DNA from: Gemmatimonadales bacterium
GTDB lineage: Bacteria > Gemmatimonadota > Gemmatimonadetes > Gemmatimonadales > GWC2-71-9
Assembly: GCA_035517615.1 (NCBI GenBank)
Contig: DATIYM010000007.1
Span: forward strand, 36,608 to 100,607
Length of the DNA: 64,000 nt
Reading direction: 5' to 3'
Below the pieces are notes generated by a model. The model was not told where the DNA came from, ran no database searches, and saw only the letters and a list, made by a program, of their open reading frames with translations. Position 1 is the stretch's first letter, and each line of letters starts with the position of its first letter. The translations under genes were made by a program, and so were the position numbers. Positions 36,726-45,313 of the stretch are shown here, one piece after another.

Positions 36726-37961
36726 TCAGAGTCCGTGAGCTCGATCGGCGCGGGCGGGAAATCGTGGAATGCGCACCATGAACGTCGAGCCGTTGCCAGG
36801 CGTGCTCTCGAGCGCGATCTCGCCTCCCATCATCCGCGCCAGCCGGCGTGACAACGTCAGGGCCAATCCAGTTCCTGCGATCTCCTGCTGTGATCCAACG
36901 TAGGCGTTGAACACTTGCTCGTGGCGTTCCGGCGCAATGCCCGGCCCCTGATCGGCAATACAGAAGGACAGCGTCTCGTCGGTGGCCCGCACGGTGATCT
37001 CGACACGGGCCGTCGGAGGACTGTGTTGAATCGCGTTCCGTAGGAGATTCACGAGGATTTGCCGGACGCGCTTGCAGTCGACCAGGGCAGGGATCGCAGT
37101 GTGAATTGCCGGGATTTCCAGCCGCACACCCGCGCTATCAGCCATGGGCCCGACCGTCCGCAGCGCTTCTGCGAGAATGCTGTCGGCGCCGGCCTCCTCA
37201 GGCGTGATCCGCAGTCGTCCCGCATCCAGGCGCGAGAGATCGAGCAGGTCGTTCAGCAGCTGCACCGAATCCTCGGCTGCTTCCATGGCGTGCAGCGCGG
37301 CGGGAGGTGGCGACTTCCCGCTGCCGCGTACCAGAAGGTCGAGCCACCCGTACACCCCCGTGAGCGCATTGCGCAGTTCGTGATTCATCATCGCGTAGAA
37401 CCGGTCACGCGAAGACTGAAACTCCCGCAGCTGTTGCATCAGCCGGGCATTTTCGATGGCAACGCCGGCTTTGCGCGCCAGCAGCATCGCGATCCGTTCG
37501 TCCTCGGCGCTGAATTCGTCCGCCCCCTGCTTCTCCGTGAGGTAGAGATTTCCGAACACTCGGTGTTGCGCCATGATCGGCACGCCCAGAAACGATCGCA
37601 TGGCCGGATGATGCGACGGGAATCCGTACCGTGCGGCATGCTGCTGGATATCGGCGATGCGCACGGGACGCGGGTCGCGAATCACGACGCCCAGCAGTCC
37701 GTGCCCGCTGGGCAACGCCCCAATTCGGTCGCGCTGTGTGGCCGTTAACCCCGATGTGACAAACTCCACCAGCGCCGTGTGTTGTTCGTTGAGCACTCCC
37801 AGCGCCGCATACCGCGCGCCCACGATATCCCGGGCGGCGTCCGCGACGCGTTGCAACACGCCGCCCAGCGTATGCTCGGCGAAGATATCGAGGCCCGCGG
37901 AAAGCAGTCGCTCGAGCTGCGCTCGCGGTTGGAGCTGTGTGGTGACTCGTGGTGGGGCCAT
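36726..37961 (-). CDS. Soluble GAF-HisKA-HATPase sensor histidine kinase, DevS/DosT-like GAF
   Basis: 411 aa with no TM segments. GAF region: ARYAALGVL...LVEFVTSGL...LPSGHGLLG...YGFPSHHPAMRSFLGVPI...VFGNLYLTEK. H-box MMNHELRNALT. HATPase N/G boxes. Confidence 0.8.
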   Translation of the reverse strand: MAPPRVTTQLQPRAQLERLLSAGLDIFAEHTLGGVLQRVADAARDIVGARYAALGVLNEQHTALVEFVTSGLTATQRDRIGALPSGHGLLGVVIRDPRPVRIADIQQHAARYGFPSHHPAMRSFLGVPIMAQHRVFGNLYLTEKQGADEFSAEDERIAMLLARKAGVAIENARLMQQLREFQSSRDRFYAMMNHELRNALTGVYGWLDLLVRGSGKSPPPAALHAMEAAEDSVQLLNDLLDLSRLDAGRLRITPEEAGADSILAEALRTVGPMADSAGVRLEIPAIHTAIPALVDCKRVRQILVNLLRNAIQHSPPTARVEITVRATDETLSFCIADQGPGIAPERHEQVFNAYVGSQQEIAGTGLALTLSRRLARMMGGEIALESTPGNGSTFMVRIPRFPARADRAHGL

Positions 37962-38145
37962 GAACCGCTCACTGACGTAGTACTAAAGGGAACCGGCTTT
38001 CTGCGCTCTTCGGGTTCTATCCTACTTGTATCTCAGGGTTAATCCTAGATAATTGGCTGAACCGAACGCATCCCTAATGCTTAGGGAACATCCTTACGGT
38101 TTGAAGTTCCGGGTCCACGGGAAAGCCGCTAGAAGGAGTCTCGTG

Positions 38146-39759
38146 ATGCGAGGTCATTGGTTCGGCTCGATCGCCGGCGCTGGTCTGTGTTGCGGCGTGG
38201 TGTTGTTCATCGGTGGCTGTAAGACAACCGAGGTGCAATACGTCGCGCAGCCGCAATTCAAGCCGGGACCGGATTCGACAAATGGATTCCTCGGCTACTA
38301 CACGGTCAGCACGAAGCAGACGAATTGCGGAAATTGCCATGTGAGTGCGCAGACGTCCTGGATCGGGACGAAGCACGCGCAGGCGTGGGCCGATCTCCAG
38401 GGATCGGGACATGCATCGAGCTCCTGCAATGGATGCCATGCCGTTTCCCAGTTAGGCAATAGCGTCGGACACCCGGCCGGTTATCTGGTCGCCTCCGATT
38501 CGGCCTATCACGACGTGCAATGCGAGAATTGCCACGGCCCAGGGCACACACACGCCTCGAGCCCCACGCAGGCCAACGAACCACTCGCGTCGATCCACGT
38601 GGACACAGGGCTGACCAATGGCTGTGGCGGCTGCCACACCGGAGTCCATGAGCCCTTTGTTGATCAGTGGGTGCAATCCGCGCATGGTTCGGGTCCCGGG
38701 TTCGCGCACGCGGTGGGGAACACGAGCTGCACGCCCTGCCACGAAGGCAAAGCTGCCATGACGGTCAAGTTTCACGTGACGGGAGCGTTCGTCGAGAAGA
38801 CCGATACCTCGAATCAACGGATCGTGTGCACGGTATGCCACGATCCCCACGGGACCGCCGGCTACGAAGGCCAGTTGCGGGCATCGATTGCGACCCCCAC
38901 GACGGACAATCTGTGCGTGTCCTGCCACTCCCGCACGGCCACACCGCCGTGGCCGGTGGCCACAGGCACCTCGGCATCCCGTGGTCCGCACGGCGCGCAA
39001 GGTCTGCTCGTTATCGGTCAGAACGTCGGGTGGATTCCGCCCAACTTCCAATACGATACGAATCAAATCGTCTCGAGTCACGGCACAGCGGCAAATCCGC
39101 GCCTCTGCGCCACCTGCCACGTCTCGACCGAGACGATCACCGATAAGGCGACGGGTGCCTTCCAATTCCAGAGTGTGGGCCATCTGTTCACCGCCGCGTC
39201 GTGCATCGATCCGGGTACCGGCCTGCCTACGACCAGCACGTCGTGTCCCATTGGGCAGCGGGATTTCAATGCGTGCGTCAATTCCGGCTGTCACTTGACC
39301 GCTCAAGCGGCGAGCTCCGCATTCCAGGCGGAGCAGGCCAGTCTCGACAATCTGCTGGATCAACTGTGGGTGGACTCGAACAACAACGGGATCATCGATG
39401 CGACCGACGGCGGGCTGCTGGCGCAGATGGTCGCCCGCGGCAGCGCCGCCGATTCCGCGCAGCTGAATTTCGGCAGCAGCACAACGACCGTCGCGAAGGG
39501 AACGATCTGGAACGCTGCTCTCGGGGCCACCGATGACCGGACCTATTGGCTGGCCGGCACCGTGTTCGGGAAGAGCTGGGCCGCGCACGCGTCCGCGGGC
39601 AACGGCGTCCACAATCCGTTCCTGCTCGAAGCGCTGCTTTCCGCATCCATCGCGGCGCTCCACACGGCGAGCGGCTTGACGCCCACGGTGCCTCTGGACC
39701 TGCGAATCCGGGCGACGCCTCCACCCGGCGTGCGGGTACGCTTGTCTTCGCGGCAGTAA
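38146..39759 (+). CDS. Lipoprotein multiheme cytochrome c (8 CxxCH plus one CxxxxCH)
   Basis: AGAAGGAG RBS before ATG 38146. Lipobox LFIGGC. Heme motifs CGNCH, CNGCH, CENCH, CGGCH, CTPCH, CTVCH, CVSCH, CATCH, and CVNSGCH. Confidence 0.85.
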   Translation: MRGHWFGSIAGAGLCCGVVLFIGGCKTTEVQYVAQPQFKPGPDSTNGFLGYYTVSTKQTNCGNCHVSAQTSWIGTKHAQAWADLQGSGHASSSCNGCHAVSQLGNSVGHPAGYLVASDSAYHDVQCENCHGPGHTHASSPTQANEPLASIHVDTGLTNGCGGCHTGVHEPFVDQWVQSAHGSGPGFAHAVGNTSCTPCHEGKAAMTVKFHVTGAFVEKTDTSNQRIVCTVCHDPHGTAGYEGQLRASIATPTTDNLCVSCHSRTATPPWPVATGTSASRGPHGAQGLLVIGQNVGWIPPNFQYDTNQIVSSHGTAANPRLCATCHVSTETITDKATGAFQFQSVGHLFTAASCIDPGTGLPTTSTSCPIGQRDFNACVNSGCHLTAQAASSAFQAEQASLDNLLDQLWVDSNNNGIIDATDGGLLAQMVARGSAADSAQLNFGSSTTTVAKGTIWNAALGATDDRTYWLAGTVFGKSWAAHASAGNGVHNPFLLEALLSASIAALHTASGLTPTVPLDLRIRATPPPGVRVRLSSRQ

Positions 39760-39867
39760 CTCGGCGCCCGGCCGTTTGCCCGTCGAGCTGTGGTCGTTGG
39801 AGGAGGCGCGATCCCAGTGCGTTGAACACGGGGGAATCGCGTTCGAGCTTGCGACCGGGGAGGCGGG

Positions 39868-40320
39868 CTATTCGTGCACGCGCGCGATTTCTACAGAACA
39901 GGGCGCGTGGCGCGCGACGGCTTCAGAGACGCTCCCTAGCAGGAAGCGATCTAATCCGGTGCGGCCGTGTGAGCCGACCACGATCACATCGGGATGCCAG
40001 TCCGCTGCAATGTCCAGGATCAGGGCGCGCGGGTCGCCCTCTTCAACTGCGGCGACGACCTCGAGCCCCCCTTTCTTGAGCGTGTCTGCCGCCCTGCGTA
40101 CGAGCGCGTCGGCCTTTCGCAACCGTGCTTCACGCAAGGCATCCAGCTCCGCCGGTTTCCACATGCCCATTTCGGCTCCGGACAGGAGTGATGGAATGAG
40201 AATACCGGCGGGCTCGACAACGTGGAGGATGCGCACCTCGGTACCTGGCCCCCGCGCGAGCACCGCGCGGGTAGCGGCTTCGGACGGCTCCGATTCATCG
40301 ATGGCGAGGAGAACCTTCAT
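39868..40320 (-). CDS. Universal stress protein (single UspA domain)
   Basis: MKVLLAIDESEPSEAA...VVGSHGRTGLDRFLLGSVSEAVARHAPCSVEI. The 347-aa track ORF is an artefactual upstream extension. Confidence 0.85.
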   Translation of the reverse strand: MKVLLAIDESEPSEAATRAVLARGPGTEVRILHVVEPAGILIPSLLSGAEMGMWKPAELDALREARLRKADALVRRAADTLKKGGLEVVAAVEEGDPRALILDIAADWHPDVIVVGSHGRTGLDRFLLGSVSEAVARHAPCSVEIARVHE

Positions 40321-41051
40321 CCGGCGTCGCTTTCTCTTCTGGCTGCGCGGTTGTCGCCCGTCGGGGACGGCAACTGCACAATTTCTGCGCCGATGCGATT
40401 CGCGTACCAGAATGTCCAGACAATGGTGACGATGGTTGCAAGTCCGAGCACGATAGGGCAAACGATGAGCACGACGACGGCTGGCGAGGTGTAAACCAGC
40501 GCAACGCGCAGCATGAACTCGCCGACGAAGACCAATCCCCATGCCGTCGTTACGAGCCGGTAGGCCCGTCGGGGCGCAGGTTTCTCTGCCTGAGCGTTGA
40601 AAGCCAGGCGACGCACCAGGTCTTTGCCGGCCACGAAATACCGCGCGAAATAGAACATCAGCGGCCGGCGCAGCAACAACGAAAGCAAACACAGCGCGCC
40701 AAATGCTCCTGTGGAAAACGACTCGCGAATGAGGAGTATTCGAGGGTCGCCGCCAAGGAATACCGGGACTATGCCCGTCAGAAGTCCGATGGCGACGAGA
40801 ATGGTTACCGGATCCAACTCGCGCCGACGAGACACATCGTACCCGCTCTTCACCAGTGGAAATGCGGTGGCGATCGCAAGCGCCAGGAACTCGGAAGTTG
40901 ACAGGAACCATCGTGCTACGACGTAGCAGACGACCGGCACGGTGGTGTTGAAAACAATGTCCCAGGCCAACGTGCGAATCAACGCCCTATCGGGGGAGTC
41001 GCGAGAGACAGGGGAATGGGGCCGAAGGATGCTCGAGGGTGCCAAGCTCAT
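40317..41051 (-). CDS. Conserved polytopic membrane protein, unknown function (paralog of 29205..29840)
   Basis: RTLAWDIVFNTTVPVVCYV...LLIRESFSTGAFG...RRPLMFYFARYF...RLVTTAWGLVFVGEF. ATGA-coupled to the downstream USP gene. Start at M25 or M18 of the track ORF. Confidence 0.6.
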   Translation of the reverse strand: MSLAPSSILRPHSPVSRDSPDRALIRTLAWDIVFNTTVPVVCYVVARWFLSTSEFLALAIATAFPLVKSGYDVSRRRELDPVTILVAIGLLTGIVPVFLGGDPRILLIRESFSTGAFGALCLLSLLLRRPLMFYFARYFVAGKDLVRRLAFNAQAEKPAPRRAYRLVTTAWGLVFVGEFMLRVALVYTSPAVVVLIVCPIVLGLATIVTIVWTFWYANRIGAEIVQLPSPTGDNRAARRESDAG

Positions 41052-41258
41052 GGAATACTTGCCTCTGATCATGAACACAGGCGCTCCTTGATGATCAAAC
41101 CTTAGAGATCCAATGATGAACACCAGCGCCCTTCGGTCATGAAGATCCGCTTATGGTTCCCAATCCCGATGCAGCGCACGTTTCCGCCAGACTTCAGGAA
41201 GATTTCAGGTGACCTGGAGCAGGTTCGCGGGCGAACCGAACTTCGGATGAGGCGTGTG

Positions 41259-41654
41259 ATGAATGCCGTGATCCAAGAGGCGACGTCTGCGGTGCTGGAG
41301 ACGATCCAGAAGCGCCGGTCCGTGCGGTGCTCGCGCCCACGGCTATGCATCGTGAGCCGTGGGCGTTTGTCGTTATCCAGGACCGCGGGGTGTTACAGCG
41401 GCTTTCCGACCGTACTGTCGCGATCGCGGCGCAGAAACCTCATGCTCGCCGCCTGCGAGCTCGGTCTCGGAACCTGCTGCATTGGCTTTGCCGTGCCAGT
41501 GCTCAACACTGCAGACGTGAAGCAGGAGCTCGGCATTCCGGCTGATGTAACGGCAGTTGCACCGATCATCGTTGGCGTCCCGAGCGACGATACGGCACCA
41601 ATCCCTCGCAAAGCTCCCGATGTTCTGCGGTGGATCCAGGCCGCAGTCAGATGA
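41259..41654 (+). pseudogene. Decayed nitroreductase paralog (frameshift plus two internal deletions)
   Basis: Segments homologous to the intact gene at 51481..52044 lie in two frames. MNAVIQEATSAVLETIQKRRSVR is in frame 0, APTAMHREPWAFVVIQDRGVLQRLSDRTVA is in another frame (track ORF 41327..41545), and frame 0 resumes with NLMLAACELGLGTCCIGFAVPVLN...DVLRWIQ. About 20 and about 45 residues of the intact protein have no counterpart. Confidence 0.7.
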
Positions 41655-42619
41655 GAACGATCACTATCGAAGAACACTGCGCCAGCCCGGGATATCTCGA
41701 GGGAGCGGGACGCCACCTTCAAGGGCACGCAACTCACTTCACCGGCCTTGGCGCCGGGCTGCTCGACCAGCTGCGCGATGTGGACGAGCGGCGTCTGTCC
41801 GAGATGGACGCGGCTGGCATCGACATGCAGGTCCTCTCGCTCACGTCGCCGGGAGCGGAGCAGCTTACCGGGAGCGAGGCCGAAACCGTAGCCCGCGATG
41901 CAAACGACTTCATCGCGGCGGCGGTTGCGCGCCATCCGAACCGGTTCGCCGGGTTCGGAACGATTCCTGTCGCATCGCCGCACACGGCAGCCGACGAGCT
42001 GGAGCGTCTCGTCGCACGCGGTTTCAAAGGCGTCATGATCAACGGGCACGCGCGCGGCCGCTATCTCGATGACCAGGCCTTCTGGCCAATCCTCGAACGC
42101 GCGCAGTCGCTGAACGTCCCGATCTATCTCCATCCGACGGAGCCGCCGCGTGGCGTCGTCGAAACCTGGTATCAGGGATTTTCGCCTGGTGTCAGCTACC
42201 TGCTCGCGAACGCGGGTTGGGGATGGCACATCGAAACGGCCGTGCACGTGATCCGCATGATTCTTGGTGGTGTGTTCGATCGCTTCCCGCGACTACAAGT
42301 CATCGTCGGACATCTGGGTGAGGGACTGCCGTTCATGATTCGGCGGCTCGACATCATGCCACCCGCGCTGACGCGGCTCGAGCGGCCCGTCAGCGCGTAT
42401 CTCCGGGACCACATTCACTATACCATCAGTGGGTTCAACTTCGCGGCTACGTTCCTCGATCTCTTGCTCGAAGTCGGTGTGGACCGAATCATGTTTTCGG
42501 CGGATTACCCCTACGCCTCGATGCACGCGGCTCGAGCGTTCCTTGACCAACTGCCAGTCAGTCCTGCCGACCGTGAGCGTATCGCGCACACGAACGCCGA
42601 ACGGCTGCTTGCACTCTAG
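41651..42619 (+). CDS. Amidohydrolase-2 family metal-dependent hydrolase/decarboxylase
   Basis: MRTITIEEHC..., DAAGIDMQVLS, INGH, and FSADYPY motifs typical of the ACMSD-like amidohydrolase_2 family. The ATG overlaps the pseudogene stop. Confidence 0.75.
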   Translation: MRTITIEEHCASPGYLEGAGRHLQGHATHFTGLGAGLLDQLRDVDERRLSEMDAAGIDMQVLSLTSPGAEQLTGSEAETVARDANDFIAAAVARHPNRFAGFGTIPVASPHTAADELERLVARGFKGVMINGHARGRYLDDQAFWPILERAQSLNVPIYLHPTEPPRGVVETWYQGFSPGVSYLLANAGWGWHIETAVHVIRMILGGVFDRFPRLQVIVGHLGEGLPFMIRRLDIMPPALTRLERPVSAYLRDHIHYTISGFNFAATFLDLLLEVGVDRIMFSADYPYASMHAARAFLDQLPVSPADRERIAHTNAERLLAL

Positions 42620-42809
42620 GGTCAGAAGAACCTCTTCACGGCACTTTCAGACTCTCCTAACACAACGCTGATTACCCTGTGCTCAAGGGTCGGGCAGTTA
42701 GGAGGTGCTGGTTGCAGTTCCGATACCTCCAGGACTCCGATACTCGGGGCCTTCCGTAAGCGGTCGTTCGCCGCTTGCCCGACCCAATCCCGTTGCTGGG
42801 CCTTGCCAC

Positions 42810-43838
42810 ATGTTATTCTGGTGTCCGCGCCACGCTGTGCCTACCGCCGCGATCCTCATCGCGGCCGCATGCGCCAAGCCTCAGCCGGCTCCGCCGCCTG
42901 CACCGGAACAGTGGCAGCTCAGCTCCGAACAGCTCGAGCAGCTCGTCGCGCCCATCGCGCTATATCCCGACGCGCTCGTGGCGCAGATTCTCGCCGCGTC
43001 CACCTATCCCGTCCAGATCGTCGAAGCCGAACGATGGATCGCCGACCGACCCGATCTCACGGGCGATATGCTCGCGGACGCCGTCGACAGCGAGGACTGG
43101 GACCCGAGCGTTAAGGGCCTGACGCAGTTCCCGGTCGTGCTGGCGATGCTCGATTCGAATCTGGCGTGGACGTCCGCCCTTGGCGACGCATACGTGAATC
43201 AACCCGACGATGTGCTCGATGCGGTGCAGGCAATGCGCGATCGCGCGCGCCGCGCCGGAACGCTCACCAGCACGCCCCAGCAGACGGTCGAAAATGACGG
43301 GGATGTGATCATCATCGCGCCGGTGGGGCCGGACGTGGTGTGGATCCCGGTGTTCGACCCCTGCTACGTCTACGGCGCACCGGTGGTCATGTATCCGGGC
43401 TTCGTCACCGGATGTATCGTGACACGGCCACCGCAAATCGTCTTTTACAACAGCGTGTGGATCGGTCCGCCGGTCCACGGCCGCTGTTGCGGCTGGCGCT
43501 GGTGGGCGTGGTCATGGGATTGGCACCGGCGCATCATGTACTACGACCGCACGGCCTACGTATCGCACACGAACACCTTCGTGGCCCGGCGCCATCCGGG
43601 GGGGCCCGCTCCCGTCCGCCCGACGAACCCGAACGAGCGCAGGCCGGCGCCTGGTGCACGCGACACTCGCGGCACGAGCTCTGGTGCGTTCAGCGGCCAG
43701 GCTCCCGGAGGAACGACACGACGGGCCTCGGACCGAGGCAAGGCGAGCGCCGGGTCGAGGGACAAGCAGAAGCCGAAACCGGATCGCAAGGGCGGCGATC
43801 GTAAGTCGAGCGGACAAAGCCGGAGAGACAAACAATGA
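42810..43838 (+). CDS. DUF3300-family secreted/lipoprotein with basic low-complexity tail
   Basis: Lipobox-like ILIAAAC. LEQLVAPIALYPDALVAQILAASTYPVQIVEAERW is the DUF3300 signature. The C-terminus is Arg/Gly/Lys-rich. Confidence 0.7.
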   Translation: MLFWCPRHAVPTAAILIAAACAKPQPAPPPAPEQWQLSSEQLEQLVAPIALYPDALVAQILAASTYPVQIVEAERWIADRPDLTGDMLADAVDSEDWDPSVKGLTQFPVVLAMLDSNLAWTSALGDAYVNQPDDVLDAVQAMRDRARRAGTLTSTPQQTVENDGDVIIIAPVGPDVVWIPVFDPCYVYGAPVVMYPGFVTGCIVTRPPQIVFYNSVWIGPPVHGRCCGWRWWAWSWDWHRRIMYYDRTAYVSHTNTFVARRHPGGPAPVRPTNPNERRPAPGARDTRGTSSGAFSGQAPGGTTRRASDRGKASAGSRDKQKPKPDRKGGDRKSSGQSRRDKQ

Positions 43839-44521
43839 CCCGGCTCATGGGGATGATGCTGATACTCGTGGCGATTGCCGCGCCGTCTGCGGCGCAACAA
43901 CCCCTGCAACGGACGTTCGCATCGCCCGATGAAGCCGCCGCGGCCCTGTTCAACGCCGCGGAGCAACATGACAGTACAGCGGCGCAGGCGATCCTCGGTC
44001 CGACGTGGCGGGAGCTCGTGCTCTCGGGCGACTCGGCACGAGATGCCAGGGATATCGACCAATTCGTCCGGAACTACAAGGAAATGCACCGGACTGCGGA
44101 GAATGCCGACGGCACGACCACGCTCTACGTGGGAGCCGAGAACTGGCCGCTACCGATTCCTCTCGCCCAACGGAATGGCGCCTGGTACTTCGACGCCGAC
44201 GCGGGGAAGAAAGAGATCCTGTTCCGCCGGATCGGCGAGAACGAGCTCGCGGCCATCGCGATCTGTCGCCAGGTCGCGGTGGGCGTGGCAGCGGACACGG
44301 GTGAGCGGCAAGGCTATCACTATCGGCTGGTGCAACAGGGCGAGAGCCGGGTGGCGATCGCCTATCCAGCGGAGTACGGCATTTCCGGCGTGATGACGTT
44401 CTACGCCGGAGCCGACAGCGTGGTGTACCAGAAGGACCTGGGCGTGGAGACGACGGCAACAGCCCAGGCGCTCGGCGCTCATCAGCCGGACAAGAGCTGG
44501 CAGCGTATCAACGAAAAGTGA
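43835..44521 (+). CDS. DUF2950-family secreted protein
   Basis: ATGA-coupled to the DUF3300 gene. Signal peptide, then FASPDEAAAALFNAAEQHD...WPLPIPL...GAWYFD, typical of DUF2950. Confidence 0.65.
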   Translation: MTRLMGMMLILVAIAAPSAAQQPLQRTFASPDEAAAALFNAAEQHDSTAAQAILGPTWRELVLSGDSARDARDIDQFVRNYKEMHRTAENADGTTTLYVGAENWPLPIPLAQRNGAWYFDADAGKKEILFRRIGENELAAIAICRQVAVGVAADTGERQGYHYRLVQQGESRVAIAYPAEYGISGVMTFYAGADSVVYQKDLGVETTATAQALGAHQPDKSWQRINEK

Positions 44522-44542
44522 TCCTTCGCGCGGGGAGGAAAC

Positions 44543-44983
44543 ATGTCAGCAGGTCGGATTTGCAGTCGGACCGTCATCACGGCGGTTCCCGATGAGTCGG
44601 TGCGAGAGGCCGCACAGCGAATGGCGCATCATGGCGTGGGTACGCTGGTCGTGGTGAAGGCGGGCGGCAGCGGGAATGAGCCCATCGGCATCGTGACGGA
44701 TCGCGACATTGCGATGCGGTGCGTAGCGGAGGGCCGCGACCCTGATACGCTGGCCGTGTCGAGCATCATGGCGCAGCCGTTGCGCGTGATCGATCAGGAC
44801 ATGGCGATCGAGCACGCGATCGTGCGCATGGCCGAGGCGGGAGCGCGCCGGCTGGTCGTGATCGGCAAAGGCAACACTCTGGTGGGTATCCTCAGTCTCG
44901 ACGACATCCTCGAGCTTCTATCGGATGAGTTCAGTCCGATTCATCGCCTGCTGGAGCATCAGGAGCCAATCTTGACGAGCTGA
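44543..44983 (+). CDS. CBS-pair domain protein
   Basis: 146 aa with two CBS motifs (HHGVGTLVVV...GIVTDRDI; GARRLVVI...VGILSLDDI). Confidence 0.85.
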   Translation: MSAGRICSRTVITAVPDESVREAAQRMAHHGVGTLVVVKAGGSGNEPIGIVTDRDIAMRCVAEGRDPDTLAVSSIMAQPLRVIDQDMAIEHAIVRMAEAGARRLVVIGKGNTLVGILSLDDILELLSDEFSPIHRLLEHQEPILTS

Positions 44984-45018
44984 GGGAATACGAACCTGAG
45001 GAGGAGATTGACGCACTC

Positions 45019-45252
45019 ATGAAAGCCTACGTGTTTATCGGCGCTTCGACTGCCGCCGGTCCGGCAATGGTGGCCCAACAGGTCCGCAGGATTCCGGGTG
45101 TCCAAACCGCGGATCTCTGTTGGGGACAGCCCGACATTATCGCGGTGGCGGAAGCCGCCGACGTGCGGGCGCTCCAGGAACTGGTACTGAACAAGATCCA
45201 GCAGGTTACCGGCGTGAGCCAGACCGATTCGCACCTGGTCTGCGAGCCGTAG
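45019..45252 (+). CDS. Stand-alone Lrp/AsnC ligand-binding (RAM) domain protein
   Basis: 77 aa: MKAYVFI......V...IPGV..A....G..D.I...EA.D...L...V...I....GV..T. No HTH domain. Confidence 0.6.
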   Translation: MKAYVFIGASTAAGPAMVAQQVRRIPGVQTADLCWGQPDIIAVAEAADVRALQELVLNKIQQVTGVSQTDSHLVCEP

Positions 45253-45313
45253 GCGGCCATCGTGATTCGGGGACCGTGTCACACCTCGAGGTGAACGGTC
45301 GCGAGCGCGAGCG

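Noticed and set aside
38088-38103. Sigma-54-like TGGC...GC element (TGGCTGAACCGAACGC) in the cytochrome leader
   Set aside because: The GG-to-GC spacing is one nucleotide too long, and the -12 region lacks the TTGC consensus.
40321-40911. N-terminal part of the 347-aa minus-strand ORF 39868..40911
   Set aside because: It is an alternate frame of the membrane-protein gene 40317..41051. The USP domain begins at the internal MKVLLAID, which is ATGA-coupled to that gene.
41139-41258. 5' part of track ORF 41139..41654 (MKIRLWFPIPMQRTF...) as a possible N-terminal extension of the nitroreductase remnant
   Set aside because: It has no homology to the intact paralog, which begins at the position equivalent to 41259. 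The region is AT-richer, carries palindromes, and looks like promoter or leader DNA.
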